A stretch of 64,000 bases of DNA from Spirochaetia bacterium (lineage in GTDB: Bacteria; Spirochaetota; Spirochaetia; SZUA-6; Bin103): the NCBI GenBank assembly GCA_965198005.1, contig CBDAOI010000003.1, forward strand, positions 1,056,001 to 1,120,000. The letters are read 5' to 3'. Shown one piece after another: positions 7,993 through 17,590 of this stretch. The notes beneath the pieces are model-generated. The model worked only from the letters and a program-made list of their open reading frames with translations, was not told the origin of the DNA and made no database searches. The translations under genes were made by a program, and so were the position numbers. How positions within the stretch are numbered: position 1 is the first letter of the stretch; the number at the start of each line of letters is the position of its first letter.

Positions 7993-9997
7993 CGCAAAGA
8001 CCGCCGGCCCGTACGCCTTCAGCGGCTGGCAGCGGCGCAGCGACGTGCTGGTGGCCCTGTTCGTGATCGTGTTCATCCTGATGATGTTGATTCCGCTGCC
8101 GGCAGTGGTGCTCGACCTGTTCATGGCGCTCAACATCTGTCTCGGCCTGCTGGTCATTCTGATCGTGCTCTACACCCGGAGTCCGTTGGAGTTCACCATC
8201 TTTCCGACGCTGCTGCTGCTGGCCACGGTGTTCGGGCTGGCTCTCAACGTCTCGTCGACGCGGCTGATTCTGGCACAGGGCGCGGCCTTCGAGGGTCGCA
8301 TCGTGCGCGCGTTCGGAAGCTTCGTCGTGGGCGCTCCGGGTACCGCCGGCTACGTCATCGGCGCGATCATCTTCACCATGATCATGGCCGTGCAGTTCGT
8401 GGTCATCACCAAGGGCGCCACGCGGGTAGCCGAGGTGGCGGCCCGCTTCACCCTGGACGCCCTTCCCGGCAAGCAGATGGCGATCGACGCGGAGTACAAC
8501 TCCGGCCTGCTGTCGGAAGCGGAAGCGACGCGGCGCAAGAACGAGCTGCGGCGCGAGACCGACTTCTACGGCGCCATGGACGGCGCCTCGAAGTTCGTGT
8601 CCGGGAACGTGCGCGTCGGGGTTCTGATCACGCTGATCAACCTGGTCGGCGGGCTGATCGTGGGCGTCGCGGTGCGCTCCGAGCCCCTGGCCGCGGCGGC
8701 GGGAACCTACGTGTCGCTGACCATCGGCGACGGCCTGGTAACGCAGCTCCCGGCGCTGCTGATTTCCACCGCCACCGGGATCATCGTGACGCGCGCCGTC
8801 TCCGATGCCTCGTTCGGCCGCGACCTGGCGCGCCAGCTTGCGCTGCACCATCGGCCGTTCTACATCGCCGCGGGTTTCCTCGCGGTGCTTGCCCTGCTGC
8901 CCGGCTTTCCCGTGCACGTGTTGCTGCCGCTGGCCGCGGTGCTCGGCTGGTGCGGCCATGCCATCGGCCGCCGGCAGGCGGGCGCCGCCGGCGCCGAACC
9001 ACCAGCCGCCACCGAGCCGGGCCCTGCCGCGCGGGCGGCGTCGCCGCCAGCCGCCGCCGCGCCGGTGGCCCCCGTGTCACCGGTGGCGCCGCCCGATCCG
9101 CTGGCGGTCGAGTTGGGGTATGGACTGGTGCCGCTGGCCGAGGAGGAGGGCGGTACCGACCTGTTGCAGCGGCTGGCCGCCGTGCGCCGCGCCGCGGCGC
9201 AGGAACGCGGCCTGGTGGTGCCGCCGGTTCGGATTGCCGACAACCTGAACCTGCGGCCCACCGAGTATGCCGTCAAGATCCGCGGCGTCGAGGTGGAGCG
9301 CGACCGCCTGCGCGGCGGCGCGCAGGAGCTGGCTGCCCGCCTGACACGGATCATCGAGCGGCGCGCGGCCGACCTGCTCGGTCGAGAAGACGTGAAGTCG
9401 ATGCTCGAGGCGCTCCGGGGGGACTATCCGACCGTGGTCGAAGAAGCCACGGCGACGCTGTCGGTCGGCGAGATTCAGCGCGTGCTGCAGGCGCTGTTGG
9501 CAGAGGGGGTGTCGATACGCGATCTGGTGGCTATTCTCGAGGCGCTCGGCGACTACGCGCCCGAACGGCGGGACACCGGGTTTCTGGTGGAACGGGTGCG
9601 CCGGACACTGGCGCGGCAGATTTCGCAGCAGCACGCGGGCACGGACGGGGTACTGCACGTCCTGACGCTGGCGCCGGACCTGGAACGGCGGGTGATCGAA
9701 GCCGCCGCGGAGGGCGCCGACGAAGGTCCGAACGGCGGTGCGGCGGCCGGCGGCCGCTCGGCGGAGTGGCGGCGGCACTGGGTCGGCGCCCTGGCGGAGG
9801 CGGTCGCGGAGGCCGAGCGGCGGGGGCACCCGCCGGTGGTGTTGTGCCCCGCGCCGGCACGGGCGTGGGTGCGGGCCGCCACCCGGCGCGAGCTCCCGCA
9901 CCTGGTGTGCCTGGCGGACACCGAGCTGGCCGAGGTCGCCGTGACAGCGCTGGCGGAAGTGCAGCCGGAGCGGCCGGCGGGAGAGGGCGGGCGGTGA
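7985..9997 (+). CDS. flhA: Flagellar export protein FlhA with an internal deletion in the cytoplasmic domain
   Basis: RVAEVAARFTLDALPGKQMAIDA, DFYGAMDGASKFV, LTIGDGLV.QLPAL, ELGYGLVPL, LLAEGVSIRDL. ATG 7985 overlaps the flhB end. Confidence 0.95.
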   Translation: MADAKTAGPYAFSGWQRRSDVLVALFVIVFILMMLIPLPAVVLDLFMALNICLGLLVILIVLYTRSPLEFTIFPTLLLLATVFGLALNVSSTRLILAQGAAFEGRIVRAFGSFVVGAPGTAGYVIGAIIFTMIMAVQFVVITKGATRVAEVAARFTLDALPGKQMAIDAEYNSGLLSEAEATRRKNELRRETDFYGAMDGASKFVSGNVRVGVLITLINLVGGLIVGVAVRSEPLAAAAGTYVSLTIGDGLVTQLPALLISTATGIIVTRAVSDASFGRDLARQLALHHRPFYIAAGFLAVLALLPGFPVHVLLPLAAVLGWCGHAIGRRQAGAAGAEPPAATEPGPAARAASPPAAAAPVAPVSPVAPPDPLAVELGYGLVPLAEEEGGTDLLQRLAAVRRAAAQERGLVVPPVRIADNLNLRPTEYAVKIRGVEVERDRLRGGAQELAARLTRIIERRAADLLGREDVKSMLEALRGDYPTVVEEATATLSVGEIQRVLQALLAEGVSIRDLVAILEALGDYAPERRDTGFLVERVRRTLARQISQQHAGTDGVLHVLTLAPDLERRVIEAAAEGADEGPNGGAAAGGRSAEWRRHWVGALAEAVAEAERRGHPPVVLCPAPARAWVRAATRRELPHLVCLADTELAEVAVTALAEVQPERPAGEGGR

Positions 9998-11295
9998 CCA
10001 CCGCGTACTTCAAGGTGCAGGGCACGACCCCGCGTGAGGCGCTCGCCAACATGAAGCGGCTGTATGGACCGGACGCCCGCATACACTCTCACCGCGTGGT
10101 CAAGATCGGAGGACTGTTCGGCCTGTTCAAGCGCGACGGAGTAGAGATTACCGGGTTCGTGGATCCGCCGGCGGCGTACGCCGCGGCGACCGCGTCGGAA
10201 CCGGCCCCGGCCGACGCGGAGCCGGCCGCGGCCCAGCAGCGGTTGGCGTACGAGCAGCGCCGGATCCTGGAGCAGACGCCCTCCGGGGCCGGTCTGCGGC
10301 GGCTGGTAGACGAGGTGGCGGCACTGCGCGCCCGGCTCGACCGCTCGTTGCCGGAGACCGCCGAGGTGACCGTACGGCTCGGTGAGCATCCGTGTCTGCT
10401 CGCATTGGACGCACTGCTGGTGCGCAACGACTTCGCCCCCGGCTACCGCGCGCGGCTGCTCGATCGGGTACGGTCGGAGTTCACCCTGCAGCAGCTTGAG
10501 GACCGGGCCGCCGTGCACCGCTACGTGGCCCTGCAGATCGGCCGTGCGCTGTCGGTGGCGCAACCCTTGACCGGGACCGACGACACCGCCGCCGGCGGGC
10601 CGCTGGTGTGCATCGTGGTCGGTCCGACCGGCGTCGGCAAGACCACCACAATCGCCAAGCTGGCGGCGATCCACGGCCTCGGCAACGGCGCCGGCGAACG
10701 CCGGAACGTGCACATCGTGACGATCGACAACTATCGCATCGGCGCCCGCCAGCAGATCGAGACCTACGGCGAGATCATGCGCATTCCGGTCACCACGGCC
10801 GAAACCGCGGAGGATCTCAAGAAGGCGGTGGCGCTCGGGCGCGACCTGGACCTCATCTTCGTCGACACGGTCGGCCGCAGTCCGGCCGACTACGCCCGCC
10901 TAGGCGAAATGCGCGCCGTGCTGGAGGCAGCCGGCCGGCGCAGCACGACCCAGCTTGCCGTGAGCGCCACCACCAAGCATCCGGACCTCGAGCAGATCCT
11001 GCGCCAGTTCGAGCCGTTCGGATACGACACCGTGATCGTCACCAAGCTCGACGAGACCGCCGCCATCGGCAACGTGCTGTCCGTGCTGGCGGAGCGCCGC
11101 AAGCCGGTCTCCTACCTGTGCGACGGGCAGGTGGTGCCGCAGGACATCGCACGGGCATCGATCGGACGGTTGCTGGTCAGCCTGGAGGGGTTCGAGCTCG
11201 AGCGTGCGGCGCTGGAGCGTGAGTTCGGGACCTTCGGGGAGGCGCCGGCGCCGTCCGCCGGGAAAGAGCGGATGCCGATCTTGACCTCGCCGTGA
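9994..11295 (+). CDS. flhF: SRP-family GTPase FlhF
   Basis: GPTGVGKTTTIAKLAA, D.YRIGA, DTVG, TKLDE, GQ.VPQD. GTG 9994 overlaps the flhA stop. Confidence 0.93.
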   Translation: MTTAYFKVQGTTPREALANMKRLYGPDARIHSHRVVKIGGLFGLFKRDGVEITGFVDPPAAYAAATASEPAPADAEPAAAQQRLAYEQRRILEQTPSGAGLRRLVDEVAALRARLDRSLPETAEVTVRLGEHPCLLALDALLVRNDFAPGYRARLLDRVRSEFTLQQLEDRAAVHRYVALQIGRALSVAQPLTGTDDTAAGGPLVCIVVGPTGVGKTTTIAKLAAIHGLGNGAGERRNVHIVTIDNYRIGARQQIETYGEIMRIPVTTAETAEDLKKAVALGRDLDLIFVDTVGRSPADYARLGEMRAVLEAAGRRSTTQLAVSATTKHPDLEQILRQFEPFGYDTVIVTKLDETAAIGNVLSVLAERRKPVSYLCDGQVVPQDIARASIGRLLVSLEGFELERAALEREFGTFGEAPAPSAGKERMPILTSP

Positions 11296-11309
11296 TTTAT
11301 ACCTACGCT
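11281..11309 (+). promoter_or_regulatory. Putative internal sigma70 promoter for fliA
   Basis: TTGACC(11281-11286)-N17-TACGCT(11304-11309) across the flhF 3' end. Confidence 0.45.
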
Positions 11310-11343
11310 CTCGGAAATTGGGTTGTGTCCGTGGGGCGATGCT

Positions 11344-12168
11344 ATGGCGCGTGACAGCCGGGAGCTAGGCGTGGCAGATCCGGTCCCGGAGGCCGCTGAC
11401 GCCGTTCCGGAAGAAGAGCTGTGGAGGCGCTACCGGCAGCGCCGGGATCCCAAGATACGCGACCACTTCATCCGCCAGTACGCGCCGTTGGTCAAGTACG
11501 TGGCCGGCAAGATGGCGGTGGGCATGCCCGGCAACGTGGAGTTCGACGACTTGGTGGGCTACGGCGTGTTCGGGCTGTTCGACGCCATCAAGAAGTTCGA
11601 TCCGACCAAGCACGTCAAGTTCAAGACCTACGCCGTGACGCGGATTCGCGGAGCGATCTTCGACGAGTTGCGCACCATCGACTGGGTGCCGCGCTCGGTG
11701 CGCCAGAAGGCGCGCGAGGTCGAGGAAGCCGTGCGCACCCTGGAAGCGAAGCTCGGACGCGCCGCCACCGACGCCGAGATCGCCAAGAAGATGAACATGC
11801 CCCCGGACGAGTTCCAGCAGCTCATGCTCAAGATCAGCGGCACCTCGATCCTGTCGCTCAGCGACGTGTGGTACAGCGGTGACGACAATGACCGCATCTC
11901 GGTGGCGGAGAGTATCGAGTCTCCGACCAGCCTCAATCCCGATTCGATCGTGGAGAAGGATGAGATCAAGCGGGTGATCGTCGAGGCAATCGGCGAACTG
12001 TCGGAGAAGGAGCAGAAGGTGCTGGTGCTCTACTATTACGAGGATCTCACGCTGAAGGAGATCGGTGAAGTGCTGGAAGTCACCGAGTCGAGAGTCTCCC
12101 AACTCCACACCAAGGCGATCATCCGACTGCGCGCCAAGCTGACCAATCTGAAACGTGGTGTCGCCTGA
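11344..12168 (+). CDS. fliA: RNA polymerase sigma-28 factor (FliA/WhiG family)
   Basis: [61 protein letters not shown]. Confidence 0.96.
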   Translation: MARDSRELGVADPVPEAADAVPEEELWRRYRQRRDPKIRDHFIRQYAPLVKYVAGKMAVGMPGNVEFDDLVGYGVFGLFDAIKKFDPTKHVKFKTYAVTRIRGAIFDELRTIDWVPRSVRQKAREVEEAVRTLEAKLGRAATDAEIAKKMNMPPDEFQQLMLKISGTSILSLSDVWYSGDDNDRISVAESIESPTSLNPDSIVEKDEIKRVIVEAIGELSEKEQKVLVLYYYEDLTLKEIGEVLEVTESRVSQLHTKAIIRLRAKLTNLKRGVA

Positions 12169-12222
12169 GCCCGTCTAGCCGAGGCGGGGCGTGCGGCGGC
12201 CGCGCATTCCCCGGCCGGGCGG

Positions 12223-12250
12223 TAATGCGCAGGGACGGAATGGTCGATAT
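12223..12250 (+). promoter_or_regulatory. Candidate sigma28-type promoter
   Basis: TAAT-N16-GTCGATAT versus consensus TAAA-N15/16-GCCGATAA/T. Confidence 0.4.
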
Positions 12251-12255
12251 GCAGA

Positions 12256-13581
12256 GTGATGCATTATTCCCGGTACCGCACCCTGGAACGGCAGCAGGTA
12301 GTGCCCCGCAACGGGCACAGCCGATTCGCGCGCGCAGCGCCCCGTGCGCTCCGTAACCAGCAGCCGAGCACGCGCCGCCCGTCCGCCCGCCGGACCCCGA
12401 CTGCGTCCCGCTCCCCGGTCGCACTGCTCGGCGCGACGGCGCGGTCCATGGCCCGCGGCCGGAGCAGCGTGCGCGAGCTGGTGCGCAAGGTCCACGCCGC
12501 CGCGGCCGCACTGTTGTCCCGCATGGTAATCCGGCCGATGCATGCCACCGCCACGGTGCTGCTGGTGGTGGCTGCCCTGACCGCAACCACTCTGGCCCAG
12601 ATCGCCCCCAGCGAGCCCAGCCCACGGCTGTCGCCGCAGGTGTTGACGGACGGACTGGCGACCCCGGCGACGGTGCACTTGGCCGCGGCAGTCCCGGGCA
12701 CGGGCGCAGCGCCGGGTTCGGTCGTGGCATCGTCGGCCGGCGCAGCGACCGGAATCGCTACCGTGGCGACCGCCGGCGCCGCGTTGCCTGCCGAGCCGGC
12801 GAACGCGGCGAACCCGGCGAACCCGGCGGTGTCGACCGCCGCCCAGGGCCTCCCGCCAATCCAGCGGGTTCACCCGCACCAGGTGGTGAGCGGCGATACG
12901 CTGTCGGGGCTGGCGGCGCGGTTCGGGATTACGCTCGATACGATCATCAGTTTCAATGACATCAAGCGTGCCCGCGACCTGCGCGTGGGACGCGAGCTGA
13001 CCATCCCCGCCGCATCGGGAGTGCGCTACGAGGTGCGCCGGGGTGACAGTCTGAGCGGCATCGCGGTGCGCCACGGCGTGGATCTCAGCACCGTGCTCGC
13101 GGCCAATGCGGTGCAGGGCGAGTTGATCACGCCGGGGCAGGTCCTGATGATCCCCGGCGGCCGCCTGGGTGAGAACGAGCTCAACCGCGTGCTCGGACGG
13201 CTGTTCGTGTGGCCGGCCCGCGGGCGACTGACCTCCGGCTACGGTTACCGCAACGATCCGTTCACCGGAATCCGCAAGTTTCACAACGGCATCGACATCG
13301 CCAACGCCCAGGACACCGCGGTGGTAACGGCGATGGGTGGCAGCGTGGCGATGCTGGGTTACAACGGAAACTACGGGCGCTACCTGATCATCCGCCATCA
13401 GGATGGCTTCCAGACTCTGTACGCGCATCTGCACAAGATAGTCGTGGAACGCGGCCAACGGGTGCGTCAGGGACAGCGCGTCGGTTCGATGGGGACCACG
13501 GGATACAGCACCGCCAGTCATCTGCATTTTTCCATCTTCCAGCATGGCCGCCACGTCAATCCGGTGAAGCATCTCGACTGA
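12256..13581 (+). CDS. LysM x2 + M23 peptidase (true start may be later, e.g. ATG 12523)
   Basis: Two GD(T/S)LS.(L/I)A LysM repeats; M23 motifs HNGID, YAHL, HLHF. Confidence 0.9.
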   Translation: MMHYSRYRTLERQQVVPRNGHSRFARAAPRALRNQQPSTRRPSARRTPTASRSPVALLGATARSMARGRSSVRELVRKVHAAAAALLSRMVIRPMHATATVLLVVAALTATTLAQIAPSEPSPRLSPQVLTDGLATPATVHLAAAVPGTGAAPGSVVASSAGAATGIATVATAGAALPAEPANAANPANPAVSTAAQGLPPIQRVHPHQVVSGDTLSGLAARFGITLDTIISFNDIKRARDLRVGRELTIPAASGVRYEVRRGDSLSGIAVRHGVDLSTVLAANAVQGELITPGQVLMIPGGRLGENELNRVLGRLFVWPARGRLTSGYGYRNDPFTGIRKFHNGIDIANAQDTAVVTAMGGSVAMLGYNGNYGRYLIIRHQDGFQTLYAHLHKIVVERGQRVRQGQRVGSMGTTGYSTASHLHFSIFQHGRHVNPVKHLD

Positions 13582-13610
13582 GTAAGCCGCACCCCGCGAA
13601 CGTATCTTCC

Positions 13611-13638
13611 CCCATTCTGCACAATTGTGCAGAATGGG
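13611..13638. repeat. Perfect 28-bp palindrome
   Basis: CCCATTCTGCACAA|TTGTGCAGAATGGG is its own reverse complement. Confidence 0.95.
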
Positions 13639-13650
13639 TGGCGGATCGGA

Positions 13651-14655
13651 ATGAGGACTGACGCAAGGCAGCGCCGGCGCGGCCGCGGGAGGCGGTGGCT
13701 GGCGATTCTGGCCGCCGGTTGCGTGGCCGCACTGGTCGTTCAGGCTACCGTGATCGGGCCCACGCGCACGGCGCCGTACGATGAAGGGGAGTACCTGTTG
13801 TTCCCGGGCGATTGGCTGGCCACGACCCGGAACGCCTACCCGCAGGTCGGGGCCGGGGGATTTGCCGCGAGCGCGCACGGGGTCGGCGGCAGCGCCGAGG
13901 GAATCGACCCGCCACCGTTGTCGCTCGCCAGCAAGTACTACCGGGTGCGGCGCGGCGACACCTTTACCGGCATCGCTGCCCGGTTCGGGTTGACCCTGGA
14001 CACGATCGCCTCGTTTAACCGGGACGCCGGGGTCGGGGTGCATCAGCTCGCCATCGGCGAGTTGGTCAAGATTCCGAACCAGGATGGGATCTACCTGCCG
14101 GTAGGCGACGATCTGGCGCAACTCAGCCTGGAACAGGGAGTGTTGCCGGAGACGGTGCTGGTAGCCAACGGCGTCGATCTCGACGAGTTGACGCCGGCCA
14201 CGGAATTGTTCTTTCCCGGCGTCCAGCACTCCGGGCACGAGCTGGCCATGGTGACCGGGGCCGCATTCACGCGTCCGACCGCCGGCTGGGTGAGTTCCCG
14301 GTTCGGTCCGCGGATCGACCCGTTCACCGGCACCCGGAGTTTCCACCACGGGGTCGACCTTGCGGCGCCGCATGGGACCGCGGTGCGCGCCACCCAGGAT
14401 GGCAAGGTAGCCGCCACCGGCCACAGCCGGGTGTTGGGCAAGTACATCATCATCACCCACTACGTGGCCGGGTACTCCTCACTGTACGGCCACCTGCATC
14501 GGGTCTACGTGCGCCGCTCCGAACGGGTGCGCGGCGGTGAGCCGATCGGCACCGTCGGCGCTACCGGGCAGGTGACCGGTCCCCACCTGCACTTCGAACT
14601 ACGGCGCGGCAAGATCCGGCTCGACCCCGCGCAGTTCATCTCCGGTCTCCGCTGA
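13651..14655 (+). CDS. LysM + M23 peptidase
   Basis: N-terminal TM, GDTFTGIA LysM, HHGVD, YGHL, GPHLHFE. Confidence 0.9.
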   Translation: MRTDARQRRRGRGRRWLAILAAGCVAALVVQATVIGPTRTAPYDEGEYLLFPGDWLATTRNAYPQVGAGGFAASAHGVGGSAEGIDPPPLSLASKYYRVRRGDTFTGIAARFGLTLDTIASFNRDAGVGVHQLAIGELVKIPNQDGIYLPVGDDLAQLSLEQGVLPETVLVANGVDLDELTPATELFFPGVQHSGHELAMVTGAAFTRPTAGWVSSRFGPRIDPFTGTRSFHHGVDLAAPHGTAVRATQDGKVAATGHSRVLGKYIIITHYVAGYSSLYGHLHRVYVRRSERVRGGEPIGTVGATGQVTGPHLHFELRRGKIRLDPAQFISGLR

Positions 14656-14675
14656 GTCGGTCCGCCGCTAGCGGT

Positions 14676-14723
14676 CGGACGGGATGGGCCAAAAGCGGCG
14701 CCCCGGCGGCGGTTTTGGGGCGT
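14676..14723 (+). repeat. Dispersed hairpin repeat, copy 1 (copy 2 at 51689-51725)
   Basis: CGGACGGGATGGGCCAAAAGCGGCG[ccccggcggcg]GTTTTGGGGCGT; CCAAAA/TTTTGG stem; between convergent genes. Confidence 0.8.
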
Positions 14724-17539
14724 CAGCTTCCGTGGCAGTGCTTGTATTTCTTGCCGCTGCCACACGGGCACGGTTCGTTGCGGCCGACCTTGGGCCCGGC
14801 GCGCTGTTCCTGCACCGTGCCGGCAACGTTGCGCACCGCGGCCGCCCGCCGGCCGATGGCGCTGCGGGCGCCGCCGCCGTTGGCCGCATCCGGGGCGCCG
14901 GCGCCGGCCGCCGGGGCGAGCGTACCGTTGGTTTCCGGAGCCGCGGTGCGACCGCCGCCGCCGGCGGCAAACTGACCCATCGACAGGTGACGGGCGTGCT
15001 GTCCGCGCTGCGGGCCCTGCTGCCGGGAGTGGCGGATGGTGACTTTGAACACCTTTTCCGCAATTGCGCTGCGGATCTCCGCCAACATCCGGTCGAAGAT
15101 CTGAAACCCCTCCAGCTTGTACTCCAGCAACGGGTTCTTCTGGCTGTAGGCCCGTAGGCGTACCGCCTCCTGCAACGCCCCGAGGTGCTCCAGGTGATCC
15201 TGCCAGCGGGCGTCGATGGCCCGCAGATACTCGTAGCGGATGAACAGGTTGAAGCCTGCGCCGCCCACCTCGGCGGCCTTTTCCTCCAGCGTCGCGCGCA
15301 ACTCCGCCACCACGGTCTGCTCGAACTCGCCGCGCGCAAGACCCGTGTAGTGCTCGGCGGCGTGCCGCGGAGTAAAGAAATAGCGCGACTTGAGGGCTCC
15401 GAGCACGTTCGTCCAGTTGGGTCGCGCGCCCTGTTCGCCATCGGCCTGCTCGAGCAGAGCGGCGACGTCGTCGGCCACGGTATCGGTCACGCGCTTGATC
15501 AGGTCGGTGTCGGCCATGATCTGGTCGCGCTTGGCGTAGATGAACTTGCGCTGCTCGTTGAGCACGTTGTCGAAGTCGAGCAGGTGCTTGCGGAGTTCGA
15601 AGTTCCGCTCCTCGACCCGGCGCTGGGCCCGCTCCAGCGACTTGTTGATCCAGGGATGGGCCAGCGGCTCGCCGTCGGTCATCCCCACGCGGGCGATCAT
15701 GTTGCGCAGGTTCTCCCCGAACAGCCGCATCAGGTCGTCGTCCAGCGAGATGTAGAAGCGCGAGTGGCCGGGGTCGCCCTGGCGTCCGGAACGGCCGCGT
15801 AGCTGGTTGTCGATGCGGCGTGACTCGTGGCGCTCGGTGCCGATCACGTTGAGCCCCCCGGTGTCCCGGACCGCGTCGTAGTTCGCCTGCCACTTGGGCA
15901 GCGCCTCCGCCAGCGCGCGCTCGACCGCGGCGTGGTTGTGCCCGCCCTTGCGCCGCGCCTCGAACTCCACGTTGCCGCCCAGCTTGATGTCGGTGCCGCG
16001 CCCCGCCATGTTGGTGGCAATGGTGACCGCGCCGGACGCCCCGGCCTGAGCGATGATGGCGGCCTCGCGTGCGTGATTCTTGGCGTTGAGCACCTCGTGG
16101 CGAACGCCGCGCCGCGTCAGCGTGGTCGACAACTGCTCCGACTTCTCGATCGAGACGGTGCCCACCAGAACCGGCTGACCCCGTTCGTGGCACTCCGCTA
16201 TCTCGTCCCCGATCGCCGCCAGCTTGTCCTGCTCGGTGGCGAAGATCACGTCGTCGTCGTCGGCGCGCACTACCGGCCGGTTGGTGGGAATGACCACCAC
16301 GTCGAGCCCGTAGATGCGGCTGAACTCCGTGGCCTCGGTATCCGCGGTGCCGGTCATGCCCGACAGCTTGTCGTACAGCTTGAAGTAGTTCTGGAACGTG
16401 ATCGACGCCAAGGTTCGGTTGCGCTGCAGAATCCGGATCCGTTCCTTGGCTTCGATCGCCTGGTGCAGTCCGTCGGAGTACCGCCGGCCGTGCAGGATGC
16501 GGCCGGTGAACTCGTCGACGATCTCGACCTTGCCGTCCTGCACCACGTAGTCGACGTCACGGTGAAACAGACGGTGCGCGCGGAGTGCCTGGGTGAAGTA
16601 GTGGATCAGCTCGAAGTTGTCGTCGGTGAACAGCGAGTCGGCGATGATCTTGCGCTGCTTGAGGATCTGTTCGACGGCGCCCATGCCCTGATCGGTGAAC
16701 GAAATGCGCTTGCTCTTCTCGTCCACCTTGTAGTCGCCGTCGAGCACGAACCCCTCCGCCTCATCGGGGTAGTCGCCGGTTTCCGGATCCTTGGCGACCT
16801 CCCTGAGCTGCCCGACCAGGGGGTTGACCTGGGCGAAACGGGCGGTATCGTCGTCCGCCGCGCCCGAGATGATCAGCGGAGTGCGCGCTTCGTCGATCAG
16901 GATGGAATCGATCTCATCGACGATGCAGAAGTGGTGCCCGCGCTGCGCCTTCTCGCGTTCATCCCACTGCATGTTGTCGCGCAGGTAGTCGAAACCGAAC
17001 TCGTTGTTGGTGCCGTAGGTGACGTCGCAGCGATAGGCGGCATGCTTCTGCACACCGTCCATGTTGGCGAGGACCACACCCACGGAGATCCCGAGCAGGT
17101 CGAACACCCGCCCCATCCAGTCCGCATCGCGCTCGGCCAGATAGTCGTTGACGGTGACGACGTGGACGCCCCGCCCGAGAAGGGCATTGACGTAGGCCGC
17201 GGTTACGCTGGCCAGGGTCTTTCCCTCACCGGTCTTCATCTCGACGATCGAGCCGCGGTGCAGAACCGCCCCGCCCATGAGCTGGCAGTCGTAGATGCGT
17301 TCGCCCAGGCGCCGGCGCGCGGCTTCGCGCACCAGCGCGAATGCCTCCGGCCGCAGGTCGTCCAGTTCGGCGCCGGCCGCGAGCCGCGCGCGCAACCGGG
17401 CGGTGGCGGCGGGGAACGCGGCGGCGTCGAGGGCGAGCATCTCCGCTTCCAGCTCGTTGACCCGCCCCACCAGCGGTGTCAGCGCCTTCAGATCGCGCTC
17501 GCCCTTCGACCCGAGCACCTTCTCAAGCACATTGTCCAT
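14723..17539 (-). CDS. secA: Preprotein translocase ATPase SecA
   Basis: [53 protein letters not shown]-terminal [14 protein letters not shown]. Confidence 0.98.
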   Translation of the reverse strand: MDNVLEKVLGSKGERDLKALTPLVGRVNELEAEMLALDAAAFPAATARLRARLAAGAELDDLRPEAFALVREAARRRLGERIYDCQLMGGAVLHRGSIVEMKTGEGKTLASVTAAYVNALLGRGVHVVTVNDYLAERDADWMGRVFDLLGISVGVVLANMDGVQKHAAYRCDVTYGTNNEFGFDYLRDNMQWDEREKAQRGHHFCIVDEIDSILIDEARTPLIISGAADDDTARFAQVNPLVGQLREVAKDPETGDYPDEAEGFVLDGDYKVDEKSKRISFTDQGMGAVEQILKQRKIIADSLFTDDNFELIHYFTQALRAHRLFHRDVDYVVQDGKVEIVDEFTGRILHGRRYSDGLHQAIEAKERIRILQRNRTLASITFQNYFKLYDKLSGMTGTADTEATEFSRIYGLDVVVIPTNRPVVRADDDDVIFATEQDKLAAIGDEIAECHERGQPVLVGTVSIEKSEQLSTTLTRRGVRHEVLNAKNHAREAAIIAQAGASGAVTIATNMAGRGTDIKLGGNVEFEARRKGGHNHAAVERALAEALPKWQANYDAVRDTGGLNVIGTERHESRRIDNQLRGRSGRQGDPGHSRFYISLDDDLMRLFGENLRNMIARVGMTDGEPLAHPWINKSLERAQRRVEERNFELRKHLLDFDNVLNEQRKFIYAKRDQIMADTDLIKRVTDTVADDVAALLEQADGEQGARPNWTNVLGALKSRYFFTPRHAAEHYTGLARGEFEQTVVAELRATLEEKAAEVGGAGFNLFIRYEYLRAIDARWQDHLEHLGALQEAVRLRAYSQKNPLLEYKLEGFQIFDRMLAEIRSAIAEKVFKVTIRHSRQQGPQRGQHARHLSMGQFAAGGGGRTAAPETNGTLAPAAGAGAPDAANGGGARSAIGRRAAAVRNVAGTVQEQRAGPKVGRNEPCPCGSGKKYKHCHGS

Positions 17540-17590
17540 GCTGTGCAATGTAGCTTGCGGTTCCGGCGCCGGTCTACGTACCATTGCGGA

